The position numbers and the translations under genes were made by a program. From NCBI GenBank assembly GCA_964057225.1, contig CAXKVF010000068.1, forward strand, positions 1 to 30,432: 30,432 bases of DNA, given 5' to 3'. The stretch's first letter is position 1. Each line of letters opens with the position of its first letter. Positions 19,895 to 30,432 of this stretch are shown here, piece by piece. The notes under the pieces are model-generated. The model searched no databases. It had not been told where the DNA came from and saw only the letters and a list, made by a program, of their open reading frames with translations. This DNA comes from Auanema rhodensis (Eukaryota > Animalia > Nematoda).

Positions 19895-22800
19895 GGTTAC
19901 CAAGCACCAAACACAATAAGATAGTGTTTCTAGACTAATATGACCATGAGGAATTCATTAAAATTTACAGAATGCTTCTATCTTTAACAGAAACCGAGTT
20001 ACAAATTATGAGCACTTAGCTCGGATACTTAGCTTGTATAGCTGACACTTCACGTAAAATTGAAAGTCCTGGTTACCAAGCACCAAACACAATAAGATAG
20101 TGTTTCTAGACTAATATGACCATGAGGAATTCATTAAAATTTACAGAATGCTTCTATCTTTAACAGAAACCGAGTTACAAATTATGAGCACTTAGCTCGG
20201 ACACTTAGCTGGTATAGCTGACACTTCACGTAAAATTGAAAGTCCTGGTTACCAAGCACCAAACACAATAAGATAGTGTTTCTAGACTAATATGACCATG
20301 AGGAATTCATTAAAATTTACAGAATGCTTCTATCTTTAACAGAAACCGAGTTACAAATCATGAGCACTTAGCTCGGACACTTAGCTTGTATAGCTGACAC
20401 TTCACGTAAAATTGAAAGTCCTGGTTACCAAGCACCAAACACAATAAGACAGTGTTTCTAGACTAATATGACCATGAGGAATTCATTAAAATTTACAGAA
20501 TGCTTCTATCTTTAACAGAAACCGAGTTACAAATTATGAGCACTTAGCTCGGACACTTAGCTTGTATAGCTGACACTTCACGTAAAATTGAAAGTCCTGG
20601 TTACCAAGCACCAAACACAATAAGATAGTGTTTCTAGACTAATATGACCATGAGGAATTCATTAAAATTTACAGAATGCTTCTATCTTTAACAGAAACCG
20701 AGTTACAAATTATGAGCACTTAGCTCGGACACTTAGCTGGTATAGCTGACACTTCACGTAAAATTGAAAGTCCTGGTTACCAAGCACCAAACACAATAAG
20801 ATAGTGTTTCTAGACTAATATGACCATGAGGAATTCATTAAAATTTACAGAATGCTTCTATCTTTAACAGAAACCGAGTTACAAATTATGAGCACTTAGC
20901 TCGGACACTTAGCTGGTATAGCTGACACTTCACGTAAAATTGAAAGTCCTGGTTACCAAGCACCAAACACAATAAGATAGTGTTTCTAGACTAATATGAC
21001 CATGAGGAATTCATTAAAATTTACAGAATGCTTCTATCTTTAACAGAAACCGAGTTACAAATCATGAGCACTTAGCTCGGACACTTAGCTTGTATAGCTG
21101 ACACTTCACGTAAAATTGAAAGTCCTGGTTACCAAGCACCAAACACAATAAGACAGTGTTTCTAGACTAATATGACCATGAGGAATTCATTAAAATTTAC
21201 AGAATGCTTCTATCTTTAACAGAAACCGAGTTACAAATTATGAGCACTTAGCTCGGACACTTAGCTTGTATAGCTGACACTTCACGTAAAATTGAAAGTC
21301 CTGGTTACCAAGCACCAAACACAATAAGATAGTGTTTCTAGACTAATATGACCATGAGGAATTCATTAAAATTTACAGAATGCTTCTATCTTTAACAGAA
21401 ACCGAGTTACAAATTATGAGCACTTAGCTCGGACACTTAGCTGGTATAGCTGACACTTCACGTAAAATTGAAAGTCCTGGTTACCAAGCACCAAACACAA
21501 TAAGATAGTGTTTCTAGACTAATATGACCATGAGGAATTCATTAAAATTTACAGAATGCTTCTATCTTTAACAGAAACCGAGTTACAAATCATGAGCACT
21601 TAGCTCGGACACTTAGCTTGTATAGCTGACACTTCACGTAAAATTGAAAGTCCTGGTTACCAAGCACCAAACACAATAAGATAGTGTTTCTAGACTAATA
21701 TGACCATGAGGAATTCATTAAAATTTACAGAATGCTTCTATCTTTAACAGAAACCGAGTTACAAATTATGAGCACTTAGCTCGGACACTTAGCTTGTATA
21801 GCTGACACTTCACGTAAAATTGAAAGTCCTGGTTACCAAGCACCAAACACAATAAGATAGTGTTTCTAGACTAATATGACCATGAGGAATTCATTAAAAT
21901 TTACAGAATGCTTCTATCTTTAACAGAAACCGAGTTACAAATCATGAGCACTTAGCTCGGACACTTAGCTGGTATAGCTGACACTTCACGTAAAATTGAA
22001 AGTCCTGGTTACCAAGCACCAAACACAATAAGATAGTGTTTCTAGACTAATATGACCATGAGGAATTCATTAAAATTTACAGAATGCTTCTATCTTTAAC
22101 AGAAACCGAGTTACAAATCATGAGCACTTAGCTCGGACACTTAGCTTGTATAGCTGACACTTCACGTAAAATTGAAAGTCCTGGTTACCAAGCACCAAAC
22201 ACAATAAGATAGTGTTTCTAGACTAATATGACCATGAGGAATTCATTAAAATTTACAGAATGCTTCTATCTTTAACAGAAACCGAGTTACAAATTATGAG
22301 CACTTAGCTCGGACACTTAGCTTGTATAGCTGACACTTCACGTAAAATTGAAAGTCCTGGTTACCAAGCACCAAACACAATAAGATAGTGTTTCTAGACT
22401 AATATGACCATGAGGAATTCATTAAAATTTACAGAATGCTTCTATCTTTAACAGAAACCGAGTTACAAATTATGAGCACTTAGCTCGGACACTTAGCTTG
22501 TATAGCTGACACTTCACGTAAAATTGAAAGTCCTGGTTACCAAGCACCAAACACAATAAGATAGTGTTTCTAGACTAATATGACCATGAGGAATTCATTA
22601 AAATTTACAGAATGCTTCTATCTTTAACAGAAACCGAGTTACAAATTATGAGCACTTAGCTCGGACACTTAGCTGGTATAGCTGACACTTCACGTAAAAT
22701 TGAAAGTCCTGGTTACCAAGCACCAAACACAATAAGATAGTGTTTCTAGACTAATATGACCATGAGGAATTCATTAAAATTTACAGAATGCTTCTATCTT

Positions 22801-25800
22801 TAACAGAAACCGAGTTACAAATCATGAGCACTTAGCTCGGACACTTAGCTTGTATAGCTGACACTTCACGTAAATATTGAAAGTCCTGGTTACCAAGCAC
22901 CAAACACAATAAGATAGTGTTTCTAGACTAATATGACCATGAGGAATTCATTAAAATTTACAGAATGCTTCTATCTTTAACAGAAACCGAGTTACAAATT
23001 ATGAGCACTTAGCTCGGACACTTAGCTTGTATAGCTGACACTTCACGTAAAATTGAAAGTCCTGGTTACCAAGCACCAAACACAATAAGATAGTGTTTCT
23101 AGACTAATATGACCATGAGGAATTCATTAAAATTTACAGAATGCTTCTATCTTTAACAGAAACCGAGTTACAAATTATGAGCACTTAGCTCGGACACTTA
23201 GCTGGTATAGCTGACACTTCACGTAAAATTGAAAGTCCTGGTTACCAAGCACCAAACACAATAAGATAGTGTTTCTAGACTAATATGACCATGAGGAATT
23301 CATTAAAATTTACAGAATGCTTCTATCTTTAACAGAAACCGAGTTACAAATCATGAGCACTTAGCTCGGACACTTAGCTTGTATAGCTGACACTTCACGT
23401 AAATTGAAAGTCCTGGTTACCAAGCACCAAACACAATAAGATAGTGTTTCTAGACTAATATGACCATGAGGAATTCATTAAAATTTACAGAATGCTTCTA
23501 TCTTTAACAGAAACCGAGTTACAAATTATGAGCACTTAGCTCGGACACTTAGCTGGTATAGCTGACACTTCACGTAAAATTGAAAGTCCTGGTTACCAAG
23601 CACCAAACACAATAAGATAGTGTTTCTAGACTAATATGACCATGAGGAATTCATTAAAATTTACAGAATGCTTCTATCTTTAACAGAAACCGAGTTACAA
23701 ATCATGAGCACTTAGCTCGGACACTTAGCTTGTATAGCTGACACTTCACGTAAAATTGAAAGTCCTGGTTACCAAGCACCAAACACAATAAGATAGTGTT
23801 TCTAGACTAATATGACCATGAGGAATTCATTAAAATTTACAGAATGCTTCTATCTTTAACAGAAACCGAGTTACAAATCATGAGCACTTAGCTCGGACAC
23901 TTAGCTTGTATAGCTGACACTTCACGTAAAATTGAAAGTCCTGGTTACCAAGCACCAAACACAATAAGATAGTGTTTCTAGACTAATATGACCATGAGGA
24001 ATTCATTAAAATTTACAGAATGCTTCTATCTTTAACAGAAACCGAGTTACAAATTATGAGCACTTAGCTCGGACACTTAGCTTGTATAGCTGACACTTCA
24101 CGTAAAATTGAAAGTCCTGGTTACCAAGCACCAAACACAATAAGATAGTGTTTCTAGACTAATATGACCATGAGGAATTCATTAAAATTTACAGAATGCT
24201 TCTATCTTTAACAGAAACCGAGTTACAAATTATGAGCACTTAGCTCGGACACTTAGCTTGTATAGCTGACACTTCACGTAAAATTGAAAGTCCTGGTTAC
24301 CAAGCACCAAACACAATAAGATAGTGTTTCTAGACTAATATGACCATGAGGAATTCATTAAAATTTACAGAATGCTTCTATCTTTAACAGAAACCGAGTT
24401 ACAAATTCATGAGCACTTAGCTCGGACACTTAGCTTGTATAGCTGACACTTCACGTAAAATTGAAAGTCCTGGTTACCAAGCACCAAACACAATAAGATA
24501 GTGTTTCTAGACTAATATGACCATGAGGAATTCATTAAAATTTACAGAATGCTTCTATCTTTAACAGAAACCGAGTTACAAATCATGAGCACTTAGCTCG
24601 GACACTTAGCTTGTATAGCTGACACTTCACGTAAAATTGAAAGTCCTGGTTACCAAGCACCAAACACAATAAGATAGTGTTTCTAGACTAATATGACCAT
24701 GAGGAATTCATTAAAATTTACAGAATGCTTCTATCTTTAACAGAAACCGAGTTACAAATTATGAGCACTTAGCTCGGACACTTAGCTTGTATAGCTGACA
24801 CTTCACGTAAAATTGAAAGTCCTGGTTACCAAGCACCAAACACAATAAGATAGTGTTTCTAGACTAATATGACCATGAGGAATTCATTAAAATTTACAGA
24901 ATGCTTCTATCTTTAACAGAAACCGAGTTACAAATCATGAGCACTTAGCTCGGACACTTAGCTGGTATAGCTGACACTTCACGTAAAATTGAAAGTCCTG
25001 GTTACCAAGCACCAAACACAATAAGATAGTGTTTCTAGACTAATATGACCATGAGGAATTCATTAAAATTTACAGAATGCTTCTATCTTTAACAGAAACC
25101 GAGTTACAAATCATGAGCACTTAGCTCGGACACTTAGCTGGTATAGCTGACACTTCACGTAAAATTGAAAGTCCTGGTTACCAAGCACCAAACACAATAA
25201 GATAGTGTTTCTAGACTAATATGACCATGAGGAATTCATTAAAATTTACAGAATGCTTCTATCTTTAACAGAAACCGAGTTACAAATCATGAGCACTTAG
25301 CTCGGACACTTAGCTGGTATAGCTGACACTTCACGTAAAATTGAAAGTCCTGGTTACCAAGCACCAAACACAATAAGATAGTGTTTCTAGACTAATATGA
25401 CCATGAGGAATTCATTAAAATTTACAGAATGCTTCTATCTTTAACAGAAACCGAGTTACAAATCATGAGCACTTAGCTCGGACACTTAGCTTGTATAGCT
25501 GACACTTCACGTAAAATTGAAAGTCCTGGTTACCAAGCACCAAACACAATAAGATAGTGTTTCTAGACTAATATGACCATGAGGAATTCATTAAAATTTA
25601 CAGAATGCTTCTATCTTTAACAGAAACCGAGTTACAAATCATGAGCACTTAGCTCGGACACTTAGCTTGTATAGCTGACACTTCACGTAAAATTGAAAGT
25701 CCTGGTTACCAAGCACCAAACACAATAAGATAGTGTTTCTAGACTAATATGACCATGAGGAATTCATTAAAATTTACAGAATGCTTCTATCTTTAACAGA

Positions 25801-28800
25801 AACCGAGTTACAAATTATGAGCACTTAGCTCGGACACTTAGCTTGTATAGCTGACACTTCACGTAAAATTGAAAGTCCTGGTTACCAAGCACCAAACACA
25901 ATAAGATAGTGTTTCTAGACTAATATGACCATGAGGAATTCATTAAAATTTACAGAATGCTTCTATCTTTAACAGAAACCGAGTTACAAATTATGAGCAC
26001 TTAGCTCGGACACTTAGCTTGTATAGCTGACACTTCACGTAAAATTGAAAGTCCTGGTTACCAAGCACCAAACACAATAAGATAGTGTTTCTAGACTAAT
26101 ATGACCATGAGGAATTCATTAAAATTTACAGAATGCTTCTATCTTTAACAGAAACCGAGTTACAAATCATGAGCACTTAGCTCGGACACTTAGCTTGTAT
26201 AGCTGACACTTCACGTAAAATTGAAAGTCCTGGTTACCAAGCACCAAACACAATAAGATAGTGTTTCTAGACTAATATGACCATGAGGAATTCATTAAAA
26301 TTTACAGAATGCTTCTATCTTTAACAGAAACCGAGTTACAAATTATGAGCACTTAGCTCGGACACTTAGCTTGTATAGCTGACACTTCACGTAAAATTGA
26401 AAGTCCTGGTTACCAAGCACCAAACACAATAAGATAGTGTTTCTAGACTAATATGACCATGAGGAATTCATTAAAATTTACAGAATGCTTCTATCTTTAA
26501 CAGAAACCGAGTTACAAATTATGAGCACTTAGCTCGGACACTTAGCTGGTATAGCTGACACTTCACGTAAAATTGAAAGTCCTGGTTACCAAGCACCAAA
26601 CACAATAAGATAGTGTTTCTAGACTAATATGACCATGAGGAATTCATTAAAATTTACAGAATGCTTCTATCTTTAACAGAAACCGAGTTACAAATCATGA
26701 GCACTTAGCTCGGACACTTAGCTTGTATAGCTGACACTTCACGTAAAATTGAAAGTCCTGGTTACCAAGCACCAAACACAATAAGATAGTGTTTCTAGAC
26801 TAATATGACCATGAGGAATTCATTAAAATTTACAGAATGCTTCTATCTTTAACAGAAACCGAGTTACAAATTATGAGCACTTAGCTCGGACACTTAGCTT
26901 GTATAGCTGACACTTCACGTAAAATTGAAAGTCCTGGTTACCAAGCACCAAACACAATAAGATAGTGTTTCTAGACTAATATGACCATGAGGAATTCATT
27001 AAAATTTACAGAATGCTTCTATCTTTAACAGAAACCGAGTTACAAATCATGAGCACTTAGCTCGGACACTTAGCTTGTATAGCTGACACTTCACGTAAAA
27101 TTGAAAGTCCTGGTTACCAAGCACCAAACACAATAAGATAGTGTTTCTAGACTAATATGACCATGAGGAATTCATTAAAATTTACAGAATGCTTCTATCT
27201 TTAACAGAAACCGAGTTACAAATTATGAGCACTTAGCTCGGACACTTAGCTTGTATAGCTGACACTTCACGTAAAATTGAAAGTCCTGGTTACCAAGCAC
27301 CAAACACAATAAGATAGTGTTTCTAGACTAATATGACCATGAGGAATTCATTAAAATTTACAGAATGCTTCTATCTTTAACAGAAACCGAGTTACAAATT
27401 ATGAGCACTTAGCTCGGACACTTAGCTTGTATAGCTGACACTTCACGTAAAATTGAAAGTCCTGGTTACCAAGCACCAAACACAATAAGATAGTGTTTCT
27501 AGACTAATATGACCATGAGGAATTCATTAAAATTTACAGAATGCTTCTATCTTTAACAGAAACCGAGTTACAAATTATGAGCACTTAGCTCGGACACTTA
27601 GCTTGTATAGCTGACACTTCACGTAAAATTGAAAGTCCTGGTTACCAAGCACCAAACACAATAAGATAGTGTTTCTAGACTAATATGACCATGAGGAATT
27701 CATTAAAATTTACAGAATGCTTCTATCTTTAACAGAAACCGAGTTACAAATTATGAGCACTTAGCTCGGACACTTAGCTTGTATAGCTGACACTTCACGT
27801 AAAATTGAAAGTCCTGGTTACCAAGCACCAAACACAATAAGATAGTGTTTCTAGACTAATATGACCATGAGGAATTCATTAAAATTTACAGAATGCTTCT
27901 ATCTTTAACAGAAACCGAGTTACAAATCATGAGCACTTAGCTCGGACACTTAGCTGGTATAGCTGACACTTCACGTAAAATTGAAAGTCCTGGTTACCAA
28001 GCACCAAACACAATAAGATAGTGTTTCTAGACTAATATGACCATGAGGAATTCATTAAAATTTACAGAATGCTTCTATCTTTAACAGAAACCGAGTTACA
28101 AATCATGAGCACTTAGCTCGGACACTTAGCTTGTATAGCTGACACTTCACGTAAAATTGAAAGTCCTGGTTACCAAGCACCAAACACAATAAGATAGTGT
28201 TTCTAGACTAATATGACCATGAGGAATTCATTAAAATTTACAGAATGCTTCTATCTTTAACAGAAACCGAGTTACAAATTATGAGCACTTAGCTCGGACA
28301 CTTAGCTTGTATAGCTGACACTTCACGTAAAATTGAAAGTCTGGTTACCAAGCACCAAACACAATAAGATAGTGTTTCTAGACTAATATGACCATGAGGA
28401 ATTCATTAAAATTTACAGAATGCTTCTATCTTTAACAGAAACCGAGTTACAAATCATGAGCACTTAGCTCGGACACTTAGCTGGTATAGCTGACACTTCA
28501 CGTAAAATTGAAAGTCCTGGTTACCAAGCACCAAACACAATAAGATAGTGTTTCTAGACTAATATGACCATGAGGAATTCATTAAAATTTACAGAATGCT
28601 TCTATCTTTAACAGAAACCGAGTTACAAATCATGAGCACTTAGCTCGGACACTTAGCTTGTATAGCTGACACTTCACGTAAAATTGAAAGTCCTGGTTAC
28701 CAAGCACCAAACACAATAAGATAGTGTTTCTAGACTAATATGACCATGAGGAATTCATTAAAATTTACAGAATGCTTCTATCTTTAACAGAAACCGAGTT

Positions 28801-30432
28801 ACAAATTATGAGCACTTAGCTCGGACACTTAGCTTGTATAGCTGACACTTCACGTAAAATTGAAAGTCCTGGTTACCAAGCACCAAACACAATAAGATAG
28901 TGTTTCTAGACTAATATGACCATGAGGAATTCATTAAAATTTACAGAATGCTTCTATCTTTAACAGAAACCGAGTTACAAATCATGAGCACTTAGCTCGG
29001 ACACTTAGCTGGTATAGCTGACACTTCACGTAAAATTGAAAGTCCTGGTTACCAAGCACCAAACACAATAAGATAGTGTTTCTAGACTAATATGACCATG
29101 AGGAATTCATTAAAATTTACAGAATGCTTCTATCTTTAACAGAAACCGAGTTACAAATCATGAGCACTTAGCTCGGACACTTAGCTTGTATAGCTGACAC
29201 TTCACGTAAAATTGAAAGTCCTGGTTACCAAGCACCAAACACAATAAGATAGTGTTTCTAGACTAATATGACCATGAGGAATTCATTAAAATTTACAGAA
29301 TGCTTCTATCTTTAACAGAAACCGAGTTACAAATTATGAGCACTTAGCTCGGACACTTAGCTGGTATAGCTGACACTTCACGTAAAATTGAAAGTCCTGG
29401 TTACCAAGCACCAAACACAATAAGATAGTGTTTCTAGACTAATATGACCATGAGGAATTCATTAAAATTTACAGAATGCTTCTATCTTTAACAGAAACCG
29501 AGTTACAAATCATGAGCACTTAGCTCGGACACTTAGCTTGTATAGCTGACACTTCACGTAAAATTGAAAGTCCTGGTTACCAAGCACCAAACACAATAAG
29601 ATAGTGTTTCTAGACTAATATGACCATGAGGAATTCATTAAAATTTACAGAATGCTTCTATCTTTAACAGAAACCGAGTTACAAATTATGAGCACTTAGC
29701 TCGGACACTTAGCTTGTATAGCTGACACTTCACGTAAAATTGAAAGTCCTGGTTACCAAGCACCAAACACAATAAGATAGTGTTTCTAGACTAATATGAC
29801 CATGAGGAATTCATTAAAATTTACAGAATGCTTCTATCTTTAACAGAAACCGAGTTACAAATTATGAGCACTTAGCTCGGACACTTAGCTGGTATAGCTG
29901 ACACTTCACGTAAAATTGAAAGTCCTGGTTACCAAGCACCAAACACAATAAGATAGTGTTTCTAGACTAATATGACCATGAGGATTTCATTAAAATTTAC
30001 AGAATGCTTCTATCTTTAACAGAAACCGAGTTACAAATCATGAGCACTTAGCTCGGACACTTAGCTGGTATAGCACGCCAGCGCTCGACGGTAAAATTGA
30101 AAGTCAGGTTACCAAGCACCAAACACAATACGATAGGTGTTTCTAAGACTAATATGACATGAGGAATTCATTAAATTTACAGAATGCTTCTATCTTTAAC
30201 AGAAACCGAGTTACAACTATGAGCACTTAGCTCGACAACTTAGCTGGTATCGCACGCAGCACTTCACGTTAAAAATTGAAAGTCTGGTTACCAAGCCCAA
30301 ACACAATAAGATAGTGTTTCTAGACTAATATGACCTGTGGATTTCATTAAAATTTTCAGAATGTTTATTCTTTAAACGAAAACAGAGTTACAATCATGAG
30401 CACTTAGCTCGGGTCACTTAGCTGGTTATAGC
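19892..30432 (+). repeat. 176-bp satellite array, about 60 highly homogeneous monomers, continuing to the window end
   Basis: ggttaccaagcacc at 19895, 20071, 20247 and onward. Monomers differ mainly at two sites (aat[T/C]atg and agct[T/G]gta). Confidence 0.98.

Noticed and set aside
19706-19924. Poly-RL and poly-KP ORFs
   Set aside because: Reading frames of (TTAGGC)n.
29980-30432. Diverged terminal satellite monomers
   Set aside because: Rapidly increasing indels toward the sequence end look like read or consensus quality decay rather than biology.

Overview
AT-rich eukaryotic DNA with nematode hallmarks: TTAGGC telomeric repeats and mostly 42-55 nt GT-AG introns with TTTCAG-type acceptors. 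The ORF track misses the real genes because they are spliced, so I built the gene models by hand and checked exon phases. Layout: degenerate telomere-like minisatellite (1-420); palindrome and minisatellites (430-2660); a ~16 kb gene cassette (3.5-19.1 kb); 17 exact copies of a 37-bp telomere-variant unit; (GCCTAA)24; and ~60 copies of a 176-bp satellite running to the window end. The cassette holds three intron-containing paralogues of a CRESS-DNA-virus-type Rep/SF3 helicase (one with an open 8-exon frame, two damaged). It also holds a highly divergent histone H3 variant, an SprT/Spartan-like metalloprotease, a Tudor-like protein, a CID/VHS-like protein and two unknown genes. The genes are separated by shared repeat modules carrying a recurrent palindrome TAGGGG-N5-CCCCTA. 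The leading hypothesis (inference) is an undescribed telomere/satellite-associated, Rep-derived selfish or domesticated element carrying its own chromatin toolkit.
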